Source: Spirochaetota bacterium (GTDB lineage Bacteria > Spirochaetota > UBA4802 > UBA5550). Taken from it: 64,000 bases of DNA. Shown here piece after piece: positions 1 to 10,383 of this stretch (positions are counted from its first letter, which is position 1; each line of letters begins with the position of its first letter). Made by a program: the position numbers and the translations under genes. The notes under the pieces are model-generated. The model ran no database searches. It was not told where the DNA came from and saw nothing but the letters and a program-made list of their open reading frames with translations. The DNA lies in NCBI GenBank assembly GCA_050298055.1, contig JBNKTL010000004.1, positions 34,223 to 98,222 of the forward strand, given 5' to 3'.

Positions 1-471
1 TTCACTCTCACGCAGTGCCTTCTCGGTTTTTTCCCTGGCAGCGATTTCCTTAAGAAGTTCATCGTTTGCCTGGCTCAGCTCTTTTTCCTTTTTAAGCAGT
101 TTCTTTAATGTCTGGTCAAGCTGTATCACCATTTCATTGAACGACTGGGAAAATTCGCCCATGAATTCTACCCGTTGTGTAAAATCGCCGGAAGCAACCA
201 TTTTTGTTTGCCAGGTCAGGTGTTTCAGGTTTGCCTGGAGTGCTTTAAGTGTTCCTGCAATGAATCCTTTCTGGGTAACCTCAATTGAGAGATCTCCGCT
301 CGATGCGGCAGAGAGAAAATCCCTGAATGAAATGAGGTTGCTGTACAGGAGGCGGAGAGATTCAACAGAAGTATGGGAATCGGGGATTTCCGGAGGGGTG
401 GGAAGCATGATAATGTCCAATATAAGTTTTGACAGTTCATCCGCTATGTTATTTACATTTTTTGAAGACAT
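1..471 (-). CDS. HAMP-containing signal transduction protein, N-terminal part (probably a diguanylate cyclase or sensor kinase); runs off the window edge
   Basis: Not in the ORF track. Manual translation from ATG at 471 is open to base 1: MSSKNVNNIADELSKL...GTLKALQANLKHLTWQTKMVASGDFTQRVEFMGEFSQSFNEMV...ARE(K)TEKALRESE. This is a HAMP plus coiled-coil linker typical of V4R-adjacent signalling proteins. Confidence 0.75.
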   Translation of the reverse strand, partial: MSSKNVNNIADELSKLILDIIMLPTPPEIPDSHTSVESLRLLYSNLISFRDFLSAASSGDLSIEVTQKGFIAGTLKALQANLKHLTWQTKMVASGDFTQRVEFMGEFSQSFNEMVIQLDQTLKKLLKKEKELSQANDELLKEIAAREKTEKALRESE

Positions 472-505
472 TTGTCTTGTTATTAATCAGACAGAGAATA
501 TCATT

Positions 506-1024
506 TTATTTAACAGTTTCAGCCGTGAAACGGCATGTTCGATCACCGGTACACCAGCAGTCGACTTCCTTGACTTTGAAAGAATTGCCCGTAAAGCTTT
601 CCAGAATTCCTGAGATAAAACCTTCATCGTATGTACAAACCTCGTAACCGATATCCGGTAAACCGGAGCAGTCAAGGTCCTCGGAAACAGTGAGAATAAA
701 GCTTCCTTTTTCCAGGTCTGCCTCTTCAACACGCAAAATGCCGATGCTCATATCGCGGAGTGTCTCCTGGAGACTTTTTATAAAGGCGTTAAAATCTGTA
801 ATTCCGGAAAAAATGTTGCTATAAAATTCCATACCTGCAAGTTTTCCGGCTTCATAAAAAATTTCCTCGGTCTTTTCCGTTCCAATATACTGCTCCATAA
901 TATCCCTGAATGTAAACTGCATGAGACGATAGACCTCCAGGCGTGTATTCGGACCGAGATTGGGGCGTCCTTTTGCAATATCTCCCAATAAATCCCATGA
1001 AAATTTGTATTTCCGCTCTGCCAT
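506..1024 (-). CDS. V4R (4-vinyl reductase) domain protein
   Basis: DLDCSGLP...VCTYDEGFISGILE...EVDCWCTGDRTCRF Cys pattern; GGAGG RBS upstream. Confidence 0.9.
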   Translation of the reverse strand: MAERKYKFSWDLLGDIAKGRPNLGPNTRLEVYRLMQFTFRDIMEQYIGTEKTEEIFYEAGKLAGMEFYSNIFSGITDFNAFIKSLQETLRDMSIGILRVEEADLEKGSFILTVSEDLDCSGLPDIGYEVCTYDEGFISGILESFTGNSFKVKEVDCWCTGDRTCRFTAETVK

Positions 1025-1272
1025 ATCGGACCTCCTTTGAATTACATGAAACCAGGAATGTATTTTCCCTTTTATTAAAAATGAAAAAAATTAAAAAGTC
1101 AATTAAAATCGTTTTTTATGAGAGAAAAAACCGGAATAGGTAATTAAAGAAGATATTTTACACGAAGCTCATTATGTGAAAAAATTTTATTGAGTAATCC
1201 ATAGATATGAACGAACCTGCGGAAAAAAGGAGAACCGGTCCGGGTCAACAGGCACTATGGCTTAAAAGAGTA

Positions 1273-1986
1273 CTAGAGTTGATGCAGCTTCCCCCTTACG
1301 AAGTTGCGAACAAAATCAATATGCTCCCGCATTGCGTAATAAGCGCCTTCCGGGTCATGGTCTTTAATGCAGTGATATATTTTCAGGTGGGTTCTGATTA
1401 TCTCCTCTATGCTCTCAGGCTCGCTGTAAAGATGATTGAGGTTTTCTTTTATCCCGTGAAATAGAAGATCGTAGAGGTTTCTCATTATGTTTATCTGGAT
1501 ATTATTTTTTGTGGCAAAGGCGATGGACATATGAAATGAAACATCTGCGTCATTCCCGAGACCTCCCTTGCTCTGGTCCTGGACCATTGCATCGATATAT
1601 TTTTTCAGATCCGAAATATCTTCATCTGTGGCCCTCATTGCGGCAAGAACAGCGGCGTTGCATTCAAGTCCCATTCTCACCTCGAGAAGTTCTTCCAGAG
1701 TGGCATCCTGCCCGTTCATAATACTGGCCAGGGGATTGGATTCCGATGCAGGTGATGCCACAAAAGTCCCCTGTCCCTGCCTTTGCTCCAGGAGGCCCAT
1801 TGAAACCAGCCTCTGGATAGCCTCGCGAATAGTGGGACGGCTTACTCCAAGCAGTTCCGCAAGTTCACGCTCAGGCATTATCTGCTCCCCCGGTTTGATT
1901 TCACCTTTGTAAATCAGGTCTCTGATTTGTTCAAGTACCAGGTCGGCAATTCTTTTTGGTTTAACCGGTTTCAGGTTTAATGTCAT
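1273..1986 (-). CDS. lldR: FadR/GntR-family regulator (LldR/LutR-like lactate regulator)
   Basis: PERELAELLGVSRPTIREA...QGQGTFV wHTH plus FCD domain; adjacent to lactate genes and operators. Confidence 0.85.
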   Translation of the reverse strand: MTLNLKPVKPKRIADLVLEQIRDLIYKGEIKPGEQIMPERELAELLGVSRPTIREAIQRLVSMGLLEQRQGQGTFVASPASESNPLASIMNGQDATLEELLEVRMGLECNAAVLAAMRATDEDISDLKKYIDAMVQDQSKGGLGNDADVSFHMSIAFATKNNIQINIMRNLYDLLFHGIKENLNHLYSEPESIEEIIRTHLKIYHCIKDHDPEGAYYAMREHIDFVRNFVRGKLHQL

Positions 1987-2028
1987 TAAAATTCTCCAGC
2001 TAAATGTATAGAGAAATAAATTTATATC

Positions 2029-2135
2029 GTAACGACTCAGCTATATAACTGGTGTGTCTTCGCCGACTTCGGCAGCAGGGACACATTGTTGAAATTTTAT
2101 TAAATATATATTTAACCATTGAACTGAGCAGTTAC
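2029..2135. mobile_element. Degenerate copy of a MITE-like element
   Basis: GTAACGACTCAGCTATATA ... ACTGAGCAGTTAC ends with an internal decayed palindrome (TGTGTCTTCGCCGACTTCGGCAGCAGGGACACA); matches 60558-60695. Confidence 0.7.
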
Positions 2136-2265
2136 CTAAAATCTTTTCTTTCAAGGTTAAGATAACAGTTCCTCTTAAAATACCAAATGGTGTATTAAAG
2201 TAATATTAAGTACTCTAATAATTCAATTAATTTTTTCAATGATCTTAAGAAAATTACCCATTCTA

Positions 2266-2300
2266 AATAATAACACCGCTTATGAAGCGGTGTTATTATT
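2266..2300. terminator. Intrinsic terminator-like hairpin after dctM (possibly bidirectional)
   Basis: AATAATAACACCGCTT-ATG-AAGCGGTGTTATTATT inverted repeat. Confidence 0.7.
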
Positions 2301-2406
2301 GATTAAGGAGGTGATTAAAGCTCAGCCTCTACCCGGGGCCTCATGAGATAATAACTCGTCAAAAAAAACAAAACGATCTATTCGGTCAGTCATTGCATTC
2401 ATGCAG

Positions 2407-3792
2407 TTAATTATAGGCCATCGCAGGCAGCCATGTGACAATTTCCGGCCATATAAGAACGGCAGCAAGACCGATCAACTGCAGAATAACAAAGGGGACC
2501 ACTCCTCTGTATATATCAATTAATTTCACTTCGGGCGGAGCCACTCCCCGAAGGTAAAAAATCGCAAAACCCACAGGCGGTGTGAGAAAGGACGTCTGCA
2601 GGCCAACGGCAACAAGGACCGAAAACCAGACAAGTTCCGGATTTGAAATAACATTATACCCGTTAACATTGATGTGAAGGGAACTGATAACCGGGGCAAG
2701 GAGAGGCAGGATGATCAGTGTTATCTCAATCCAGTCAAGGAAAAAGCCGAGAAAAAACACAGTCATAAGGATGACGCCGATAACCCCATAGGGCCCGAAG
2801 GGAAGTTTTCCCAGTGCCATCTCAATAAACTCATCACCCCCCAGGCCTCTCAGAACAAGGGCGAATGCGGTAGCGCCGATAAAGATACCGAAAATGTATG
2901 CTGTTGTATTAAAGGTCCCATAGACAACCTCTTTAATTGCCGTAAAATTCAGCTTTTTGTTTGAAAAGGCGAGGACCATTGCGCCGAAGGCCCCAACGCC
3001 GCTGGCCTCCGTGGGGGTTGTTATCCCGGCAAATATAGATCCCAGGACCGCCAGAATCAATGCTGTTGTGGGGAGAATCGTTTTGAAAACATCTATCACC
3101 ACACCAAAGGAGAGGGGTTTCAGGTTCTCTTTCAGCGGCGCGACCCGGGGCTTCATATAGGCATATGCAAGGACATAGATAATATAAAGGGTTCCCAGAA
3201 TTATACCGGGGAATACAGCGCCCATAAAAAGGTCTCCCACCGAAAGCCCAAGCTGGTCGGCCATTATCACAAGCATTATGCTTGGAGGGATGAGGATGCC
3301 GAGAGTCCCCGAAGCGCACACAATCCCCACTGACAGTGTCTTATTGTATCCCTGGTTAAGCATGGCAGGGAGAGAGAGGAGTGAGAGAAGGACCACGGAA
3401 GCCCCGATGATTCCCGTAGACGCTGCCAGGATTATCCCGATGAAAATGACATTGACTCCCAGTCCGCCCCTCAGTTTCCCGAAAAGCTCCTGAAACGAGT
3501 CCATCATTTTTTCGGCAATCCCCGACCTGTCAAGCATGAGCCCCATAAATATGAACATGGGCACCGCTACAAGCACCCAGTTGTCAACAAGCTTATATGT
3601 CCTGTTAGAGATCATGCCGATATAGTCCCATCCCAGGCCTGTTGTTGCTCCCAGGTAGGTATCCGCCAGGTATCCGATGCCGGTGAACAGGATGGCAACA
3701 CCTGCAAGGACAAAGGGGATGGGGAACCCGGTAAATAACAGGAGAATGAAAACAACAAACATTGCCACAACAAGAATTTCAGATACAATCAT
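2407..3792 (-). CDS. dctM: TRAP transporter large permease DctM
   Basis: SGTLGILIPPSI, GITTPTEA and SFLTPPVG motifs; true start MIVSE at 3792 overlaps the dctQ stop. Confidence 0.93.
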   Translation of the reverse strand: MIVSEILVVAMFVVFILLLFTGFPIPFVLAGVAILFTGIGYLADTYLGATTGLGWDYIGMISNRTYKLVDNWVLVAVPMFIFMGLMLDRSGIAEKMMDSFQELFGKLRGGLGVNVIFIGIILAASTGIIGASVVLLSLLSLPAMLNQGYNKTLSVGIVCASGTLGILIPPSIMLVIMADQLGLSVGDLFMGAVFPGIILGTLYIIYVLAYAYMKPRVAPLKENLKPLSFGVVIDVFKTILPTTALILAVLGSIFAGITTPTEASGVGAFGAMVLAFSNKKLNFTAIKEVVYGTFNTTAYIFGIFIGATAFALVLRGLGGDEFIEMALGKLPFGPYGVIGVILMTVFFLGFFLDWIEITLIILPLLAPVISSLHINVNGYNVISNPELVWFSVLVAVGLQTSFLTPPVGFAIFYLRGVAPPEVKLIDIYRGVVPFVILQLIGLAAVLIWPEIVTWLPAMAYN

Positions 3793-4367
3793 TTTATTTC
3801 TCCTTTTTTCAACTGCTTGTAAAGCCTTATCTGGGCGATAAGCCGTGTAACTGATGAAACGGCCAGAAGGAAAAACCCGGTACAGACAAAGGACTTGATT
3901 ATCCACCTGAACGGCAGGCCCGTAGGTGAGGCCGATGATTCATTGACCCTGAACGATTCGAAGAAGAGCTCATACCCCTTGATTATTCCCACAATGGCAA
4001 AGGGGAGGAGCAGGAATATAATACCCAGTATATCGAAAAAGGCTTTTCTCTTATCCGACATTTTTTCATAGACGAGATCCAGCCGTATATGGCTGTCCTT
4101 CACCACCGCATATGAGAGGCCTACCATAATGCCTACTCCATAGAGGTGCCACTGGAGCTCCTCAAGGGGCACCATCCCCCGTCCGAAAACATATCGGAGT
4201 ATTACCTGCACAAGAATGATCCCGATGAGGATAAAGTTTAACCAGGCAGTCCCCTTGCCGATTTTTTCAAGGAGAGTGTCTATTTTATGCGTAAGATCCA
4301 TCTCTTTCTCGGAGATGTCATCTTCCGGCAGAGGCGTTTCTTTAACAACGGCTTCTTCTGTATTCAT
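3789..4367 (-). CDS. dctQ: TRAP transporter small permease DctQ
   Basis: VILRYVF, EELQWHLY and DSHIRLD motifs; 4 TM segments. Confidence 0.92.
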   Translation of the reverse strand: MNTEEAVVKETPLPEDDISEKEMDLTHKIDTLLEKIGKGTAWLNFILIGIILVQVILRYVFGRGMVPLEELQWHLYGVGIMVGLSYAVVKDSHIRLDLVYEKMSDKRKAFFDILGIIFLLLPFAIVGIIKGYELFFESFRVNESSASPTGLPFRWIIKSFVCTGFFLLAVSSVTRLIAQIRLYKQLKKGEIK

Positions 4368-4641
4368 AGATGTATTCTCCTTGTTGTAATCCGTATATTA
4401 TTTGAAGATAATATTCGGGTAAAAAATGATTTTAAAAATTGTATGATAGTTAGATATAATTCCATTTTTAAATCCTTTGAAGCTATTTCTCAAGGAAACT
4501 TCTTTTTTTATTTATTAAAACTTAAGTCTGCAATTTCCTGTAACCGCCTTTCGGTTTTATTCCGTTGAACCTGTCTCCGGCCTCATGTTCCCTGCCGAAC
4601 AGACAGGTTCCCGGAATAAAATTAATCTTTCCTGGAGAAGA

Positions 4642-5736
4642 TTACCTGGGTAAAAACCCTCTTTTCTTCCAGTACGTGTAGTCCGTTCTGAATTTGTTCA
4701 GATCGGAGTATATCTTTTTAAACATGGGATCCTTTTTGCTCTGAGCAGCCGCAACTTTTTCCCATTCTGTTTTAAACAGATCCAGCATTTTCTGGTCCCA
4801 GTAGACGTTTTTTACTCCTCTTTTCTTTTCGTTCTCTCTGATTACCTGCCCCTGGATTGCCTCGGTATAGGCGTAGGAGTCTGCCGTGGCCGCCTTGCAC
4901 ATCATCTCAATTGCGGCTTTCTGGTGGTCGCTGAGCCCCTTCCATACGTCCTTGTTTATCAGCAGTTCGAAAACCGTGGCCTGCTGGTGCCAGCCCGGGT
5001 AGTAGTTGTATTTAACGACTTTGTAAAAGCCAAGCCTCTGGTCGATGGCCGGCATTGAAAACTCGGTTGCGTCAATAGCGTTCTTCTCGAGAGCGGGGAA
5101 TATCTCGCCGCCCGGGAGGAGGCTTGTGGAGACTCCCAGGTTCTCCATTACTTTTCCCCCGAGACCGAAAAACCTCATCTTAAGACCTTTAAGGTCTTTT
5201 GAACTTTTAATGGGTTTTTTAAACCACCCGGAAGTTTCGGGAGCAATAACAGCGGCAACAAGGACCTTTACGTTATAGCCGGCCTTGTCGTACATCTCCT
5301 GGTAGAGTTTCATCCCGTTTCCATACCAGAGCCAGGCAAGGTATTCCCCGGCTTCCGGACCGAAGGGCACTGCGGAAAAGAGCGGTGCGGAGGGTATTTT
5401 CCCCTGCCAGTATCCTGCGGTTGAGTATCCTGCGTTTATCTTACCGCTTGAAACGGCATCAAGGATCTCAAACGGCGCAACGAGCTTATTCGGTTCATAG
5501 ACCTTCATTTTTACGGAGCCGCCGCTTGCGGTCTGTATCCTGTCAGCCATCCACTTGATTGATGAGCCGAGTCCGGGAAGTTTTGTGGAAAAACAAACGG
5601 GGACTTTCAGAAGAACAGTCTTGTCTGCAGCGGTGCTTCCCCCTGTTGATGACTGTTTGCAGCCTGGTATGATGAATACAGGCAATGTTATGCAAACAGC
5701 AATGAGTGCTATTTTTTTTGTAATTCTTATAATCAT
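4642..5736 (-). CDS. dctP: TRAP substrate-binding lipoprotein DctP (TakP-like, 2-oxo/hydroxy-acid binding)
   Basis: YWQGK, GLKMRFFGLG, GEIFPALEKNAIDATEF and YYPGWHQ motifs; lipobox IPGC. Confidence 0.92.
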   Translation of the reverse strand: MIIRITKKIALIAVCITLPVFIIPGCKQSSTGGSTAADKTVLLKVPVCFSTKLPGLGSSIKWMADRIQTASGGSVKMKVYEPNKLVAPFEILDAVSSGKINAGYSTAGYWQGKIPSAPLFSAVPFGPEAGEYLAWLWYGNGMKLYQEMYDKAGYNVKVLVAAVIAPETSGWFKKPIKSSKDLKGLKMRFFGLGGKVMENLGVSTSLLPGGEIFPALEKNAIDATEFSMPAIDQRLGFYKVVKYNYYPGWHQQATVFELLINKDVWKGLSDHQKAAIEMMCKAATADSYAYTEAIQGQVIRENEKKRGVKNVYWDQKMLDLFKTEWEKVAAAQSKKDPMFKKIYSDLNKFRTDYTYWKKRGFLPR

Positions 5737-5865
5737 TAGATTTTTACTCCTGTTGAATTAATGTTCTTAATTTACGACTTATAAACACCATTGTACAGAT
5801 ATAAAGTAACCACCTCCTGTATTAAAGTTGCACATACGATAAAATTTGTATAAATAAATTGGTCT

Positions 5866-6136
5866 AATTGGTATTACCATAGTGAATATAACCCATAACC
5901 ATAAGCTAAAACAAATACTATAAATGATAAATTGGTAATACCAAATACAGTATAGATAATATGCTGACGGTATTTGCATTCTGTCAAGAAAAAAACGGAA
6001 ATAAAGAAAAAAATACTTGTTATTATTATATGAAATATGCAATATGTGTATATATATAACAAGAGAGAAAATTATATAATGATTAAAGCAATTGGTAATA
6101 CCTCATGAAAGAATATATTAATTGGTATGACCAATT
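5866..6136. promoter_or_regulatory. Four FadR/LldR-type operators in the divergent dctP / lldG promoter region
   Basis: AATTGGTATTACCATAG (5866), AATTGGTAATACCAAAT (5930), AATTGGTAATACCTCAT (6090), AATTGGTATGACCAATT (6120); all resemble the AATTGGT-N3-ACCAATT palindrome. Confidence 0.85.
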
Positions 6137-6215
6137 GTGTGAACGGCTTTGATATTTGAGAAAATGAGAAGGGTCTTTCCGATAACGGGAGTCACAATAA
6201 TATCGAGAGGTACTG

Positions 6216-6779
6216 ATGAATTACAGATCAATTGAGCAATGGTTTACAGAATCGGCCAGGGAAGCGGGTTCGGTGGTATTTGATGCGAAGAGTCTTGATT
6301 CGGCGGTATCGTATATTGCAGGACAGGTAAAGGGGAAATTGATGCTGCCGGAATTTGAGTCTTCAGAGAGGTCCGGTCTTCCCGGGTTGCTTGAAAGAAA
6401 AGGTGTCCGGCTGATCAGGGATAACTACCGCAGCCTGGGCCCTGAAGGGGAAGGGGGAGTAACAGGGGCGAACTTTGCCATTGCGGAGACAGGGACCTTG
6501 GTCATTGAGAGCACGTCCGAGCCCATACGCCTGGCTTCTTCTCTTCCCGAAAAACACTTTGTTCTGCTGGACAGGAGAAAGATCATAGAAGGATCTGTGA
6601 ACGCAGTGCCCATACTACGGGAAATCAACGGGAAAATGCCGAAAAACTTTCTTGCCTACATTACCGGTCCCTCCCGGACTGCCGATATCGAAAGGGTCCT
6701 TACTATCGGTGTTCATGGGCCCAAGGAGCTTCACATTATTTTAGTCTCGAACTTCAGCAAAGACATGATGGAATCGTAA
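6216..6779 (+). CDS. lldG: Lactate utilisation protein, LUD domain (LutC/LldG)
   Basis: AIAETGTLV...ITGPSRTADIERVLTIGVHGPKELH. Confidence 0.92.
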   Translation: MNYRSIEQWFTESAREAGSVVFDAKSLDSAVSYIAGQVKGKLMLPEFESSERSGLPGLLERKGVRLIRDNYRSLGPEGEGGVTGANFAIAETGTLVIESTSEPIRLASSLPEKHFVLLDRRKIIEGSVNAVPILREINGKMPKNFLAYITGPSRTADIERVLTIGVHGPKELHIILVSNFSKDMMES

Positions 6780-6798
6780 AAATTAACCGGAGAAAGAT

Positions 6799-8961
6799 AT
6801 GAACCATCGAGCGAAAACGTACAACAGACGAATCAGCGAGGCAATTGGACAACCGAGGCTCCTTGAGGCCCTTCACCGGTTCGGGGACGCATACCTTGTT
6901 TCACGGGAGAAGGCTTTTCGTGAATATGACTTTGATGCACTGCGCGAAGAAATTGCAGAAATGAAGGACAGGGTCATAGATGATAACGGGGACTATCTCA
7001 ATCAGTTTACGGAAAACGCGAAAAAAGCGGGAGCACTTGTCTTTTTTGCGGATACCGCCGAAGATGCCAACCGCTATATAGGTGAACTTGCCGTTCAAAA
7101 AGGCGTAAAGAAAGTGGTGAAGAGCAAAAGCATGGTCAGCGAAGAAATCCATCTTAACCGTGCCCTCAATGAAAAAGGTATTGCGGTCAATGAAACAGAC
7201 CTGGGGGAATGGATCGTCCAGCTGGCGGACCAGAGGCCCAGTCATATGGTTATGCCGGCCATCCATATGTTCCGGGACCAGGTCGCGGAACTCTTCAGCA
7301 GGGAAACAGGAGAGGTTGAACCCCCTGACATAGAACATCTTGTTGAGGTCGCGCGGAAAAAACTTCGCGGAGAATACCTTGAGGCGGATATGGGGATCAC
7401 CGGTGCCAATGTTGCCGTTGCGGAAACAGGGGGGATCCTCCTGGTAACCAACGAAGGAAACGCCCGGCTGGTCACAACTCTCCCCCCGGTCCATGTTGTC
7501 CTGGTGGGAAGAGAGAAGCTTGTGCCCACACTGGAAGACGCTGAAAAGATCTTAAAGATCCTCCCGAAAAACGCAACGGGACAGAATATCACATCCTATG
7601 CCACCTGGATAAGGGGAGCAGTCCCCGGGGAAGAGGGTGAACGGGAGTTGCATATTGTTATTCTTGATAACGGACGGAGCAGGCTGGCGGAATCGGAGGC
7701 CTGTAAAAGCGCCCTGAGGTGCATAAGGTGCGGTGCCTGCGCCAACGTCTGCCCCGTCTACCAGACCATCGGCGGACATGTTTTCGGGCATATCTATATC
7801 GGGGCAATTGGAATTATCCTTACGGCATTTTATCATGGTCTCGACAAGGCGGCGGAAATAGTCAAGGCCTGTATCGGGTGCAGATCATGCGTATCGGTAT
7901 GTCCCGCGGGGATAGACCTGGAGGGGATAATACTCTCACTCCGTGAAACCATCGGGGAGAAAGAGGGGATCGGCAGAGGGAAATCCCTGGTCTTCAAAAA
8001 CATCCTCCGCAACAGGAAGCGCTTTCACTCACTCCTCTACACCGCGAGAAAGCTCCAGGGCCCGGTAACCGACAGGGACAGGATGATACGGCACCTCCCT
8101 CTCTTTTTCTCGGGACTGACCAAATGGCGCTCTCTTCCTTCCGTGGCGAAAACATCTTTCAGAGAGCTCTTCCCCGAAATAAAACAGAAGATCGAGAAAC
8201 CGGTGAAAACGGCGGCCTTCTACGGGGGATGCCTCAACGATTTTGTTTACCCGGAGATGGGGACTGACCTGGTAAAGGTCCTCAACAGGCTGAATATCAA
8301 GGTGACTTTCCCCGGGGACCAGAACTGCTGCGGGGTACCCGCCCTCTATTCAGGGGACAGGGAGACGGCTGTTGAGCTTGCCATGCAGAATATCGACGCC
8401 ATGCTGGGGGACGGGACGGATTACGTGGTTACCACCTGTCCCACCTGCACCATGGCCCTCCAGCGGGACTTTGCGGAACTTCTGAAAGACGACCCGGAAT
8501 GGTATTCACGGGCGGTGGAGCTCGCGGAAAAGACCATGGATATATCCAAATTCATCTCAACGGTGGCCCAGGGGGCGGATATTTTTTCTGAAACGGATGA
8601 AACAGTGACCTATCACGATTCATGCCATCTCAAAAGGGGCGCGGGTGTCTGGAAGGAACCGAGAGAGCTTCTGGAGAAAACAGGGCGGAAACTGGAAGAG
8701 ATGTCCCGTCCCGACAGGTGCTGCGGATTCGGGGGTTCCTACTCGTTTACCGCCCATGGAGATATCTCGGAGCAGATACTCAAGGACAAGCTCGATGATA
8801 TCGCGTCAACCGGCGCCGGGGCCGTGGCTGTGGACTGCCCGGGGTGCCTTCTGCAGATCAAGGGGGGCCTTGATAAGGAAGGGAGAAGCGAGAAGGTGAA
8901 GCATACCGTTCAGCTCCTGGCGGAATCGCTGACCCCTGAGAGCCGGAACAGTAATGCATGA
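6799..8961 (+). CDS. lldH: L-lactate dehydrogenase Fe-S subunit, LutB-LutA fusion (LldH/LdhH)
   Basis: KSKSMVSEE, ETDLGEWI, CIRCGACANVCP, CIGCRSCVSVCP and two CCG domains. Confidence 0.92.
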   Translation: MNHRAKTYNRRISEAIGQPRLLEALHRFGDAYLVSREKAFREYDFDALREEIAEMKDRVIDDNGDYLNQFTENAKKAGALVFFADTAEDANRYIGELAVQKGVKKVVKSKSMVSEEIHLNRALNEKGIAVNETDLGEWIVQLADQRPSHMVMPAIHMFRDQVAELFSRETGEVEPPDIEHLVEVARKKLRGEYLEADMGITGANVAVAETGGILLVTNEGNARLVTTLPPVHVVLVGREKLVPTLEDAEKILKILPKNATGQNITSYATWIRGAVPGEEGERELHIVILDNGRSRLAESEACKSALRCIRCGACANVCPVYQTIGGHVFGHIYIGAIGIILTAFYHGLDKAAEIVKACIGCRSCVSVCPAGIDLEGIILSLRETIGEKEGIGRGKSLVFKNILRNRKRFHSLLYTARKLQGPVTDRDRMIRHLPLFFSGLTKWRSLPSVAKTSFRELFPEIKQKIEKPVKTAAFYGGCLNDFVYPEMGTDLVKVLNRLNIKVTFPGDQNCCGVPALYSGDRETAVELAMQNIDAMLGDGTDYVVTTCPTCTMALQRDFAELLKDDPEWYSRAVELAEKTMDISKFISTVAQGADIFSETDETVTYHDSCHLKRGAGVWKEPRELLEKTGRKLEEMSRPDRCCGFGGSYSFTAHGDISEQILKDKLDDIASTGAGAVAVDCPGCLLQIKGGLDKEGRSEKVKHTVQLLAESLTPESRNSNA

Positions 8962-9130
8962 GACGTGACAGATGCCGTTGCCGGTAAAATCTGAATGACA
9001 GACGGGTGTGAATTAAATTCCGGGAAAATTCCCTGAAATCAAAAAAAGTTTTAATGAACCAGGTTTCAGAATCGTATTAATAGTGAGGAATAATTGCATT
9101 CCTGATCAAAATACCGGGAGGTTGAACATA

Positions 9131-9598
9131 ATGAGAACCACCATCACTATTGACTCGGAACTTCTTGAAAAACTGGAAGAGGCTGCGGATACACTCCGTC
9201 TATCAAATAATGCACTGATCTCACTCCTTCTCACGCGTATCATCAGGAAAAACGAGTTTGAACCCAGGCCCTATGAAAGAGTCACCTACCAGAAATTTGG
9301 AAAGGAGTTTATTATCCTGGAAAAAGAGCATATTAATATAGATTCTGTTTTTTATGAGAAGTATCTGGATTTAAGAAGGAATTTTAAGTTTTCCGTTTCC
9401 TGGCTTATTGGATTTGCCATCAGGCATTATCTTGATGAACTTGTTTATGATTTGAGTAATCCCAGGAATCATAAAAAGATCCTGGATAATTATGCAAGAA
9501 ATTTCGTATATATTACACGAATGCTGGATACTGTTCCCCTTTTTATCTCGATTCTGGGATTTCCGGATCAAAAAACCCTGGAAAGACTCATGCTCTAA
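9131..9598 (+). CDS. Ribbon-helix-helix / DUF1564-like spirochaete protein
   Basis: MRTTITID..LLEKL RHH-like start, YQ, and DLRRNFKFSVSWLI motif; GGGAGG RBS before ATG 9131. Confidence 0.6.
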   Translation: MRTTITIDSELLEKLEEAADTLRLSNNALISLLLTRIIRKNEFEPRPYERVTYQKFGKEFIILEKEHINIDSVFYEKYLDLRRNFKFSVSWLIGFAIRHYLDELVYDLSNPRNHKKILDNYARNFVYITRMLDTVPLFISILGFPDQKTLERLML

Positions 9599-10139
9599 CC
9601 AAAACCACATCAAAAAAGTTAGAAAAATCCTTTCATAAAAAACCGGCTTTATCCCGGAATTACAATCACGCCCTGATAGACTCTTCAAAAAATTATTTAC
9701 AGACTTATATACATAAGTTATAGTGTCTTGTCTCTATCTGAGTTAAACCAGTTTTTGTTTTGAGATGTTGGGAGACCGGGAAAAAACACCGGTTTCGGTG
9801 AGAAAAGAGAAGACCCCCCCGATATTTATCAAGCCTGAATGTTCCGCGTGCAGTTGAAATTACCCGGTTCCACCAGGTAAATGAGAGGTATGAGTGAAAT
9901 TCTGGAGAATGTTGGATGATTGAGGTCCCAAGAGTCATTCTTATTAACGAAAAGCTTAAAAATTCCATGGAAGATGCCGTATAACCGGATTGCAGTTTGT
10001 GCTTCCCGAACAATGGGATGGTTATAAGCAATAGAAAGAGCATAAAAGGTCATCACGTGACTTAAGCAGGGAGAATGTGCGAAGTAAATTTTACCCTTGA
10101 ATAAGAGTAATCAGAATTATTAAAATGGAGGAATCTACA

Positions 10140-10254
10140 ATGTATTATGTTCTCAGATGCCCCCTTCTTGTTACCGAAGAAGACGAGCTGCTTCTTTCGG
10201 AAATCCAGAATCATGAAGAGGTGGGTGAAACCGGAAGACTATGTGCACCTGTAA
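10140..10254 (+). pseudogene. Deletion remnant of an Imm11/DUF1629-like gene (first ~30 codons fused to a 3' end)
   Basis: MYYVLRCPLLVTEEDELLLSEIQNHEEVG matches the start of the 14958 gene; it is followed out of frame by KPEDYVHL*. Confidence 0.75.
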
Positions 10255-10383
10255 GCCCGCGCTGCGGGGTCCCGGTTGTATCAATTTTGCAAAAGTGTTC
10301 TCGATCATATGATAGATCAAAAAGTTATCCTGAGAGGGATGAGATTTATTGAGCTTCTCAGCGTATAAAAAAGGAAGAATTTT

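Noticed and set aside
3793..3906. N-terminal extensions in the ORF track (dctM; likewise 20016, 27199, 33163, 52215)
   Set aside because: They overlap neighbouring genes, promoters or repeats; downstream ATGs fit the RBS positions and family N-termini better.
9705..10056. Minus-strand ORFs of 112 and 75 aa
   Set aside because: No RBS or motif and atypical composition; treated as intergenic or degenerate DNA.
10125..10352. 75 aa ORF as a real gene
   Set aside because: Only the first ~35 codons match the Imm paralog; the rest reads through scar fragments out of frame.
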